Of a stretch of DNA of 64,000 nt, positions 32,430 to 41,025 are shown in pieces (position 1 is the first letter of the stretch; every line of letters begins with the position of its first letter). The stretch covers positions 83,718 through 147,717 of the forward strand of contig CAVXNX010000006.1 of assembly GCA_963763215.1 (NCBI GenBank), written 5' to 3'. Made by a program: the position numbers and the translations under genes. Under the pieces are notes generated by a model. The model had not been told where the DNA came from and did no database searches. It saw only the letters and a list, made by a program, of their open reading frames with translations. This DNA comes from an uncultured Bacteroidales bacterium. Lineage in GTDB: Bacteria > Bacteroidota > Bacteroidia > Bacteroidales > GCA-2748055.

Positions 32430-32634
32430 AAATGATGTGTGAATTTTCCCGGAAGATATTCCCGGGGTTACCCAAAATGGGTGATGGATAAAAAAGAACA
32501 AAGGTAGACATTAAATCCATGCCGGTGACATTTTCGGCATTTATTTACCGGTTAGCCGTCATTCAGCCGGGCCGCCGCGCCTGAAATCTTCGCCGGCTGG
32601 CCAGAAATTCCTGTTCCGGTTTTCTGCCGGTCGC

Positions 32635-33316
32635 CTATCCGTTCTTGTCCGTCAGCAGGGCTTTTCCCTTTGTCAGCCACGACAATCCGAATCCCCATAG
32701 CGCTAAAGATTCGAGCCAGAATACGGGTTTCAGATGTTGAATCGATTCACACCCTCCGTGGTTGTTGCAAAAAATGTATCCTCCGATCAGTACGATACAT
32801 CCGGTCATGGTATATCCGCAAAGGCGGTAGAGCCTGTTCCGTTTGAGTTTCATCGGAGTGGGATGCTTCACCGACCTGGTGAACAGGAAAATGGAATAAT
32901 AGGCCAGCGTCAGGAAAAAGCCGGCAGCCGAAACAAAGTGAACTGTACCGGTCAGGTGACTGTGAAAAGCATTGACGAGGCAACTCGAAGGAGGCTCAGC
33001 AACAGAAGTCGGGAACAGGGCCACTCCAGAAGGCGAACACCCCGCCCAGGTTGCTGGCAATGGTATCCGTTTTCCCATATCCCTTGTACGTCATCAGGAA
33101 AAGCCCGATAGCGGAGACCATGCCGACAAAAACATCTCTCATGCGGGTAAAGTAATAGGCACTAATGGAATCCTGGATTTCCCGGCAATTGTCAATCAGA
33201 AAAGATCCCGTCACCAGGATGAGTGGAAGCAATATGCCAAGGATCCCAATCCATTTTCGAAGCAACTGGTAGGATATAAGCCCGGGTTCCCGGCGCGTAC
33301 TGTTATTTTTCTTCAT
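32635..33316 (-). pseudogene. multi-pass membrane protein of unrecognised family, one frame disruption near 33030
   Basis: ORF 32996..33316 and ORF 32635..33078 are both hydrophobic and join as ...IASNLGGVFA|...VALFPTS... Confidence 0.5.
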
Positions 33317-33648
33317 TGGCCATCACTGAATGTCACAAAAGTAATCCGTAGGAATGCTTTGAATTTTTCAGGATCAGAAATCACTTCAGGGCTCTCGTTT
33401 TGCATAGTTTCCATCGGCATGTTAACCCGGACCTGTTTCAGTACAATCATGCCAGGTTTTTGGTTCATTGCTTCAGGCTCCATTTGCCGGGTGCTCCCGG
33501 AATATTTCATCGAAAACGCCCGGTGTACACTGTATTCGTCCACGAAAGTTTTTTTCAGGCGAAGTCCGTTCGCTCTGCCATTGGCCAGGACCTTCGAAAG
33601 GGCAGTTCCTGTGAACAGGATCCGGTTGCCGGTTTCCGGCCGCTGCAA
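33313..33648 (-). CDS. hypothetical protein
   Basis: 111-aa ORF that overlaps the downstream membrane protein gene by 4 nt. I see no recognisable motifs. Confidence 0.35.
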   Translation of the reverse strand: MQRPETGNRILFTGTALSKVLANGRANGLRLKKTFVDEYSVHRAFSMKYSGSTRQMEPEAMNQKPGMIVLKQVRVNMPMETMQNESPEVISDPEKFKAFLRITFVTFSDGQ

Positions 33649-33752
33649 AATGTCATTTTCCGGGTTGAAACCATTGCATTCATGTTTGAAACGTCACCGG
33701 CCTTAAAATCCGGTTATTTCCGTACTTTTACATACAAACCGATCAAAAGACT

Positions 33753-35186
33753 ATGAAAACGAAAATTCTTATCCTGTTACTGATGATGTTAATGGATGGT
33801 ATTCATGCCCAAAAATACACTGCCGACTGGAATTCCATCGATTCCAGGCCTGTTCCGGAATGGTTTGTCAATGCGAAATTCGGCATTTTCATTCACTGGG
33901 GGGTGTATTCGGTACCGGCATACCGCCCGGTCGGAAAAGAACGGTATTCTTCATATGCGGAATGGTACGAATCGGCTGTGATGCCCGATACGGTTCCTGG
34001 CGGAAGAGATTTTCATATCCGGAATTATGGAGCGGACTTCGAGTACCGCGATTTTGCACCCATGTTCCGGGCTGAGCTTTGGGATCCCGATTATTGGGCT
34101 TCACTGTTTAAAAGGGCAGGTGCAAGGTATGTGGTTCTGACTTCCAAACATCATGATGGCTTTGCGTTATGGCCATCCTCATCGCCATACTCAAAAAACT
34201 GGAACAGCATGGATATTGGCCCACACAGGGATCTTCTTGGTGAACTGGCAAAAGCAGTGAGAAATGACGGGTTGAAAATGGGCATTTACTATTCGCTGAT
34301 GGAATGGGAATCTGTTGAAAAGGCCGATGGCGATGGAGGAACCAGTCAGAAGGAATATATTCCTGATTCTCTCCGGCAAAAATACGGCATAAAAGATCCG
34401 GCCTATGTCAATGACCACATGATCCCCCAGATCAGGGAACTGGTCATGAAGTATCAACCGGCACTGATCTTTGCCGATGGTGAATGGGATAAGCCTGATT
34501 CATATTGGAAAAGTAAAGAAATACTGGCCTGGATCTATAACAATGCACCCAACCGCGACGAAATCGTGGTCAATGACCGCTGGGGGATGGGTACCAGGGG
34601 ACATCACGGCGGATATTATACAAGTGAATATTCAAGCGATGCGGATCAGATGTCTGCTCATCATCCGTGGGAAGAAAGTCGCGGCATCGGGGGATCCTAC
34701 GGATATAACCGTGCCGAGAACATCGATGATTATAATACATCGGAAGATCTGATTTTTGAACTCGTGGATATCGTTAGCCGTGGTGGAAATCTTCTCCTGA
34801 ACATCGGTCCTGCCGCCGATGGCACGATACCGGTAATTATGCAACAACGACTGGTAGATATCGGTAACTGGCTTAAAACAAACGGTGAGGCCATATATGA
34901 CACCCGGGCGTGGAAATCGTCTTCACAGGTTTCAGGTAACAGCGCGATTTATTTTACCACGAAAGGAAATGATCTTTATGTCATTTCCAGGGGCTGGCCC
35001 ACCCATGATATTGAAATCAATGGACTTCCTGGTCGTGAAGGTTCCCGGATTGAAATTCTGGGCAGCGATGTCGTGCTGAAATCTGATATTCGATCGGCGA
35101 AATTTGTGATTCCGGTAAAAGGGATACCGCAAGGCAAAGTGCCATGCGAATATGGTTATGTGTTCAAGATTGGCAATATCCTGTGA
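33753..35186 (+). CDS. GH29 alpha-L-fucosidase
   Basis: Signal peptide followed by RPVPEWFVNAKFGIFIHWGVYSVPAY and TSKHHDGFALWPS, the hallmark GH29 segments. Confidence 0.9.
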   Translation: MKTKILILLLMMLMDGIHAQKYTADWNSIDSRPVPEWFVNAKFGIFIHWGVYSVPAYRPVGKERYSSYAEWYESAVMPDTVPGGRDFHIRNYGADFEYRDFAPMFRAELWDPDYWASLFKRAGARYVVLTSKHHDGFALWPSSSPYSKNWNSMDIGPHRDLLGELAKAVRNDGLKMGIYYSLMEWESVEKADGDGGTSQKEYIPDSLRQKYGIKDPAYVNDHMIPQIRELVMKYQPALIFADGEWDKPDSYWKSKEILAWIYNNAPNRDEIVVNDRWGMGTRGHHGGYYTSEYSSDADQMSAHHPWEESRGIGGSYGYNRAENIDDYNTSEDLIFELVDIVSRGGNLLLNIGPAADGTIPVIMQQRLVDIGNWLKTNGEAIYDTRAWKSSSQVSGNSAIYFTTKGNDLYVISRGWPTHDIEINGLPGREGSRIEILGSDVVLKSDIRSAKFVIPVKGIPQGKVPCEYGYVFKIGNIL

Positions 35187-35231
35187 TTTTCGTTCTGGGA
35201 AGGAAGGTCGTCGGCTATCGGAAATTTCTGG

Positions 35232-35930
35232 TCACCCTCTGTCGGACAATTCCCGCAATGCCTCGATATTCAGGATATTGACCTTTTTCCCGTCGACCAT
35301 GGCAATCTCATCCCGTTCGAATTCTTTAAGGATCCGGATGGCGCTGTCTTTGGACATGGCGGTCATATCGGCCAGATCCTGCCGGCTGAGGGGGATCTCG
35401 AAAATCAGCGATCCGTAGACCCGTTCGGAGAGGTAGATCAGCGCATCGGCCATTTTACCGTGCATTTGCTTTTGCGTGAGACTGAGAATTTTCTGATAGG
35501 TCTGGATGGTTTTTTGATTCAGATGCCTGATGAAATGTTCTGCAAAATCGGCATTGCTTCTCAGGACCTTTTTGAAATTGTCGGCATTGACAAAACAAAC
35601 GACCGAATCTTCGAGTGCCGTCACCGTGTAATGATTCCGGTTGTCGGTGAAAAGGCCGGGGCCGCCCAGGATGGCATGGGGCGTGACCAGATTCAGCAGA
35701 AGATTCCGCTGATCGTATCCTTCAATATATACTTTGGCAAATCCCTGTACCAGGTTGGAGACATGCGTGAGGATCGTTCCCTGTTTGATGATATTTTCCC
35801 CGGCCCTGAAATGAACTTCAAAGCGTTCTTCATTTAAAAGCTGTGTTTCCTCCTGGCTTAACAGACGGAACAATTCCGATTTCGTATTGCACTCTTCACA
35901 ACTTTTGCAAATCTTAGATCTCTGGTACAC
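35232..35930 (-). CDS. Crp/Fnr family transcriptional regulator with an N-terminal Cys cluster
   Basis: cNMP-binding-like fold plus a C-terminal HTH (SRQDLADMTAMSKDSAIRILKEFE). The N-terminus ICKSCEECN gives CxxCxxC, with one further Cys (VVCFV). The start codon appears to be GTG. Confidence 0.85.
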   Translation of the reverse strand: MYQRSKICKSCEECNTKSELFRLLSQEETQLLNEERFEVHFRAGENIIKQGTILTHVSNLVQGFAKVYIEGYDQRNLLLNLVTPHAILGGPGLFTDNRNHYTVTALEDSVVCFVNADNFKKVLRSNADFAEHFIRHLNQKTIQTYQKILSLTQKQMHGKMADALIYLSERVYGSLIFEIPLSRQDLADMTAMSKDSAIRILKEFERDEIAMVDGKKVNILNIEALRELSDRG

Positions 35931-36023
35931 AATGACATGAAATTATATAAATATCTTGGTTCAAATATACTCCAATTTACCGCGTATTTCATACCCCTTC
36001 CCCGACAAATATCTATTTTAGAA

Positions 36024-36037
36024 TCGATCTAAATCGA
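36024..36037. promoter_or_regulatory. TCGAT-N4-ATCGA palindrome, candidate Crp/Fnr-type box
   Basis: A 5-4-5 palindrome read directly, in the 221-bp divergent region between the Crp/Fnr gene and the cytochrome operon. It has the same geometry as TTGAT-N4-ATCAA FNR boxes, but a chance occurrence is not negligible. Confidence 0.25.
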
Positions 36038-36114
36038 CTGGTTTTCCGTGTAACATCTTCATATTTCAAAACATATTCATTCTTAACTGACAGTGCACTA
36101 TATTCGCCTGTAGT

Positions 36115-36122
36115 TATTTTTG
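36115..36122 (+). promoter_or_regulatory. candidate -7 promoter box TATTTTTG
   Basis: Matches TAnnTTTG, 30 nt upstream of ATG 36152. Confidence 0.4.
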
Positions 36123-36151
36123 TAACAGCAATTTTAGAAGGAACAGGATAA

Positions 36152-36538
36152 ATGATACAAAACATGAGAAGAAATAGATCAGTGGTCTTAAAGGTGTTTC
36201 TTTTCAGCTTGATGTTCACAGGCTTATGCCTGTATTCATGTGAAAAATACACCTATGAACCCCCGGGAGTCAATCCCAATAAAGTCTACAGCTTTAAGGA
36301 CGATGTTTTACCCATTTTCAAAAGCTGCGAAGGATGTCATCCTTCAAAAGCCAGGCCTGATCTCAGCCAGGCGAAAGCATACCAGTCATTGACCGATGGG
36401 GGCTATGTCAATACAGCCAAACCTGAAGAAAGCAACATCATCAAGAAGCTTGGAAAAGGACATGGCGGTCTGAATGATTCCTCACCCGAATACTTTGATA
36501 TCCTTGGCTGGATCATGCAGGGAGCCAAAAATAACTAA
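36152..36538 (+). CDS. small c-type cytochrome-like lipoprotein (single CxxCH, PSCyt1-like)
   Basis: Signal peptide with lipobox LYSC. VLPIFKSCEGCHPS...GGYV...KPEESNIIKK matches the layout of the planctomycete-type cytochrome c domain as I remember it. Confidence 0.65.
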   Translation: MIQNMRRNRSVVLKVFLFSLMFTGLCLYSCEKYTYEPPGVNPNKVYSFKDDVLPIFKSCEGCHPSKARPDLSQAKAYQSLTDGGYVNTAKPEESNIIKKLGKGHGGLNDSSPEYFDILGWIMQGAKNN

Positions 36539-36566
36539 CCATTGTCAAAACCTTAAAACGTTTAAA

Positions 36567-37402
36567 ATGAAAAGCATAATTGCATTCACCCTTTGTTTAT
36601 GCTTGTTGTCCCGGTGTTCGGCCAGGATGAGAATGAAGACAAGCCGGTCAGATCAACCTTTGAGACCACGCTGCTGATCGATAACCAGACGGTGGAAAGT
36701 CCATACCAGGGCGGACTTCAGTTTCAGATCCAGCACAGGTTCGGTACGGTGAAAAACGGGATCACCGATATTTTCGGCATTTATGCCCCGTCAAATATCA
36801 GGCTGGCCTTGAATTACGGAATCACCGACCGCATCATGATCGGTGCAGGAAGTACGGAAAATTACAAACTGCAGGATGTCCAGTGGAAATATGCCATTCT
36901 CCGGCAGACCCGCTCTGGAAAGATGCCTGTTTCATTGAGTTATTATGGCAACATGGTTATCGATGCCCGGGCCAAAGATAACTTCGGCCCTGAAGAAAGT
37001 TACCGCGGCATCCACCGGTTTTCATACTTTACCCAGTTGATCCTGGCCCGGAAATTTAACCCGATGTTCTCCTTCCAGGTGGCTCCCGGTTTCATCTATT
37101 ATAACAGTGTCGAAACAGGTCTGAAGAATGCCGATTTCACTATTCATGCCGGAGGGCGTGCCAAAGTAACGGGTGCCCTTTCCGTCCTGGCCGAATACGA
37201 CCAGCTTCTCACCCAGCAGGATGGCTTCCAGCCGAAACCGAATCTGGCCGCCGGGATCGAGATCGGTACAGCGACCCATGCGTTCCAGATCTTCTTTGCC
37301 AACTATTCATCCATCATCAACCAGAGAAATCTCCTTTACAATACCAACGATTTCACCGAGGGAGATTACCGGGTTGGCTTTAACATCACTGTCAGATTCT
37401 GA
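36567..37402 (+). pseudogene. outer-membrane beta-barrel protein (DUF5777-like); the signal peptide is in a different frame from the barrel
   Basis: ATG 36567 encodes MKSIIAFTLCLC.... The barrel ORF (36593..37402) begins ...LVVPVFGQDE, shows alternating amphipathic strands, and ends ...GFNITVRF with a terminal Phe beta-signal. The frame change is near 36590-36600. Confidence 0.6.
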
Positions 37403-37413
37403 TAATCCCCATT

Positions 37414-38423
37414 ATGAAGAAAACCAGGAAATCCATTATCCCTCTTATCATTCTCGGAGCAGGTTTGTTCGGCCTGCTGATCAACTCGGCGAGGGCAGAT
37501 TTACAGCAGAAAGAGCCGCCCAGCGAAAAGGGAATCGAGAATTCGGCCTTTGCAGATGAAAACGAACAATGTCTTAAATGCCATGGAGAAAAATTCTATA
37601 CCCTGACCGATTCGGCGACCGGACAAACCAAGCGGGCCAATATGTGTCTGGACTACAGGATCAACCGGAACGAATTTTACCATTCGGTTCACTGGAGTTT
37701 CAGCTGTCCTCGATTGCCATTCCGATGAGTACCAGACCTTCCCCCACGCTCTTAAACTCAGGTTCGCCGATTACTGGACATGCCTGGACTGCCATGGATA
37801 TGATGAAAAATTTGCACAGTACAAGTTTGAGGAGATCGATGCAGAGTGCCAGAAGTCGGTGCATTATACCAAAACAAACGGAGATTTCTCCTGCTGGAAT
37901 TGTCATGATCCCCACAGTTATAAACTTCTGTCCAGGAAAACGGAAAATGTGTCGGATGTCATCGTGGCCACCAATAACATCTGTCTGAACTGTCACGGCA
38001 ACGAGGAAAAATTCAGACTCCTCTCCAGTCGTGACCTCGGTAATGTCATCCCGAAACATGACTGGCTTCCCAATCAGGAATTGCATTTCAAAGCGGTACG
38101 TTGTATCGAATGCCATTCTGAAATGAACGACAGCCTGCTGATCTCCCATGATATCCTTCCGGCCGACAGTGCCGTGCGTAACTGCGTGGAATGCCATTCC
38201 AGCAATTCCATCCTTATGGGCACCCTGTATAAATTCAGGTCGAAAGAAAAACGGAAAGAATACGGCTTCATCAATGGTGTCATCATCAACAACGATGCCT
38301 ACGTGATTGGCGCGAACCGGAGCCAGTTTCCTCAATATCGCCAGTGTGGTGATCATTGTCCTCATGTTGATCGTCATGGCCATCCATGTCTTGTTTAGAG
38401 TAATATTGAGAAAAAAAGATTGA
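37414..38423 (+). pseudogene. heptahaem c-type cytochrome with N-terminal signal/anchor and C-terminal TM helix; two frame disruptions (~37717, ~38343)
   Basis: Seven CxxCH motifs after frame repair: CLKCH, C(L)DCH, CLDCH, CWNCH, CLNCH, CIECH and CVECH. My translation after 38343 in the alternate frame gives LNIASVVIIVLMLIVMAIHVLFRVILRKKD*, a TM anchor, with stop at 38421-38423. Both shifts sit at TCCTC where TCTC would keep the frame. Confidence 0.8.
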
Positions 38424-38426
38424 ATT

Positions 38427-39044
38427 ATGTCTGAAAAAATATATTTCTACCCGGTATGGATCCGGATCTGGCACGGTCTGAATGCCATCTTCATCCTCCT
38501 GCTCATCCTGACGGGAGTCAGCATGCAGTATTCTGATCTGAATTCCCCTTTTATCCGGTTCGACGTGGCTGTGTCGATGCATAACTTCAGCGGAGTGATC
38601 CTGACCTTGAACTATTTCCTGTTTTTCGTCGGGAATATTGCCAGAAAGAACGGCCGGTTTTACCGCCTTAAATTCAAGGGACTCGGATTAAGCCTGTGGA
38701 AACAGCTTAAATACTATTCCTATGGGGTTTTCACGGGTGAAAAGTCCCCTTATCCCGTGAACAGGGACAGGAAATTTAACCCGCTGCAGAAAGTTTCTTA
38801 TGTGTTCACGATGTATATGGCACTACCTTTGTTATTCGTCAGTGGCTGGGCACTTTTATTCCCGGAATTTATCCTGAAAAAATTACTCGGATTTTCCGGG
38901 ATTTTCCTGACGGCCCAGTTGCACATCGTTATGGGATTTCTTGTATCTGTGTTCCTTGTCATTCATTTATATGTCAGCACCATGGGTAAAACTCCTGGAA
39001 GTAATTTCAAGAGTATCGTTACCGGCTGGCAGGAAATTCATTAA
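38427..39044 (+). CDS. membrane cytochrome b (PhsC / Ni-Fe hydrogenase b-type / formate dehydrogenase gamma family)
   Basis: 205 aa with four or more hydrophobic helices and conserved His positions (IWHGLNA, SMHNFSG, AQLHIVMG, VIHLY) typical of the PF01292-type family. Confidence 0.75.
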   Translation: MSEKIYFYPVWIRIWHGLNAIFILLLILTGVSMQYSDLNSPFIRFDVAVSMHNFSGVILTLNYFLFFVGNIARKNGRFYRLKFKGLGLSLWKQLKYYSYGVFTGEKSPYPVNRDRKFNPLQKVSYVFTMYMALPLLFVSGWALLFPEFILKKLLGFSGIFLTAQLHIVMGFLVSVFLVIHLYVSTMGKTPGSNFKSIVTGWQEIH

Positions 39045-39069
39045 AACCATTCATTAAAAATTGAGAGAT

Positions 39070-39480
39070 ATGAAAAAAAATGCCTTGATTTCAGTAGTTG
39101 TGATGACGCTTGCAGTGATTTCACTCATGTCATTTACCATTACCCAGCAACAGCCCAAGCCCTGGCCGGTCCCTGCTGAGTATAAAAACATGAAAAACCC
39201 TGTTAAAGCTGACGCCCAGTCGATCCAGGATGGCAAAATGCTTTACAACCGGAACTGTGCTTCCTGCCATGGTAAATCAGGTCTTGGCGACGGACCCAAG
39301 GCCCGTATGCTTGATACACCTTCCGGAGACTTTTCTGCCGCTTATTTTCAGAATCAGACCGATGGGGAACTTCACTACAAAACAAAGGTGGGACGCGGTG
39401 ATATGCCTGCCTATGATAAAAAACTCAGTGATGAGGATATCTGGAATATCGTCAATTACATGAGAACCTTTAAAAAGTAA
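39070..39480 (+). CDS. monohaem class I cytochrome c
   Basis: Signal peptide, CASCHG haem site and a distal Met in RGDMPAY. Confidence 0.85.
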   Translation: MKKNALISVVVMTLAVISLMSFTITQQQPKPWPVPAEYKNMKNPVKADAQSIQDGKMLYNRNCASCHGKSGLGDGPKARMLDTPSGDFSAAYFQNQTDGELHYKTKVGRGDMPAYDKKLSDEDIWNIVNYMRTFKK

Positions 39481-39501
39481 GACAATTGTTTTTATTTTCA
39501 G

Positions 39502-39528
39502 CCCCGGACAATGTTCCGGGGTTTTTTT
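39502..39528 (+). terminator. rho-independent terminator after the cytochrome operon
   Basis: CCCCGGA-caatgt-TCCGGGG stem-loop followed by T7. Confidence 0.8.
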
Positions 39529-39679
39529 ATGGTATCGTGTGGCGTAAAAAGGACATGCATTGCCATAAACACTGTCCTGAATGACAGCCTGACAGGCAAA
39601 AAGTGCCAGTTCGGACTGTTCAGCGTGTTTTTTACACACAATATGAACCAAAATCGTTAGCATTCCTTCCTGTTTTATG

Positions 39680-39687
39680 TATTTTTG
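39680..39687 (+). promoter_or_regulatory. candidate -7 promoter box TATTTTTG
   Basis: Matches TAnnTTTG, 58 nt upstream of ATG 39745. Confidence 0.3.
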
Positions 39688-39744
39688 TACGGTTGAAATG
39701 TGCGAAAGATTTCTGATTTGTTTGAACCGAAAAAACATAAAAAG

Positions 39745-41004
39745 ATGAAAAAGTTATTTACCCTGTTTATTGGATTAATGAGTTTGGCCAATGTGCATGC
39801 ACAACTGGATACCACCGGTATATACAGCTGGCCTCAAATGTATAACTCAATGAGCACCTGGGATGAGGGTGCCTTTAATTATTTTCAGCTCGGTCATCCC
39901 GATTATGGCTGGGGAATCTACAATTCCCAAAATCACAATGTAGACGGCGATTCGCTTTTTATCATCAAGACCACCGACGGGAATTACAGGGACCTGTATA
40001 TCCAGATGAAATACAGCGTTCAGAATTATTACATTTTCCGGTACACCAATGTTGACGGAGGGAATGAGATTTACGCCAAAGCCCCCTGCTATGATTACAC
40101 CAGCAAACTTTTCCTTTACTATTCTTTTGAAACCGGGCAGTTTATCGACCGTGAACCGCCCAGGTCCGATTGGGACCTGCTCCTGACAAAGTATCACGAT
40201 AACACCATTAACTACACTGTGACCGGACTGCTTCTGAACGAGACGGCCTCGGCCTGCGTTTTCGATGCCGCTGATTCGGCCACTGCTTACAATGCCTCCA
40301 TTCAGGATACGACCCTCTTCTCCGATTCGCTCACCATCATCGGAAATTCCTGGTACGAACTGCAGGGGATGTCGATCGTTCCGTTGAAAACCCGTGCCTA
40401 CTTCATCAAGGATGCCACCGGGGATGTCTTCCGGCTCAATGTTACCTACTTTGAAAGCGGGATAAGCGGACAGGGCAGGGTTGGCGTGCGTTACCAGCAG
40501 CTTCTGCCTTCGGAAACGGACCCTGTCAACGATACCCTGGTTATGGGTGCCAATTATGCCAATGATGTCTATTACCACCTCTCCACAGGCGACGCCGTGC
40601 AGGCAAGCCGTGCCGACTGGGACATTGCCTTCAAAACCAATGCCTTCAGCGCTTCCATCCGGACCAATACCACCATGGGTGTTGAATTGTATACCTATCC
40701 CAAGGCCGACGAGACCGCCTGGGCCACCTATGGTACCGGAAAAACCCTTTCCGGACCGGAACCCCTCTCGGTCTATCCAAATCCGGTTTCGGATGAGGTG
40801 AATCTCCGTACAGGAAGCTTCCGTCCGGGTGAGGAACTGAATATCCGGGTGTCGGATATGACGGGCCGCGAAGTGCTCCGTCAAAAAGTGCCGGCATCCG
40901 GCCTGGTAACCCTCGATCTGCACCACCTCCAGACAGGGGGCTATTTCATCACTGTGAGATCGGCGAACCGGGTCGAGACGGCCAGGATCATCAAAACGAA
41001 ATAA
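39745..41004 (+). CDS. HmuY-like domain protein with T9SS C-terminal sorting domain
   Basis: Signal peptide MKKLFTLFIGLMSLANVHAQ. DWDLLLTKY and ADWDIAFKTN are HmuY-family signatures as I remember them. The C-terminus VYPNPVSDEVNL...GREVLRQKV...LQTGGYFITV is a T9SS CTD. Confidence 0.65.
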   Translation: MKKLFTLFIGLMSLANVHAQLDTTGIYSWPQMYNSMSTWDEGAFNYFQLGHPDYGWGIYNSQNHNVDGDSLFIIKTTDGNYRDLYIQMKYSVQNYYIFRYTNVDGGNEIYAKAPCYDYTSKLFLYYSFETGQFIDREPPRSDWDLLLTKYHDNTINYTVTGLLLNETASACVFDAADSATAYNASIQDTTLFSDSLTIIGNSWYELQGMSIVPLKTRAYFIKDATGDVFRLNVTYFESGISGQGRVGVRYQQLLPSETDPVNDTLVMGANYANDVYYHLSTGDAVQASRADWDIAFKTNAFSASIRTNTTMGVELYTYPKADETAWATYGTGKTLSGPEPLSVYPNPVSDEVNLRTGSFRPGEELNIRVSDMTGREVLRQKVPASGLVTLDLHHLQTGGYFITVRSANRVETARIIKTK

Positions 41005-41025
41005 TAAACCGAGTGAAGGGTTGAT

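Noticed and set aside
37700-38383. 227-aa minus-strand ORF
   Set aside because: It is antisense to the heptahaem cytochrome gene. The plus strand carries five CxxCH motifs in this interval.
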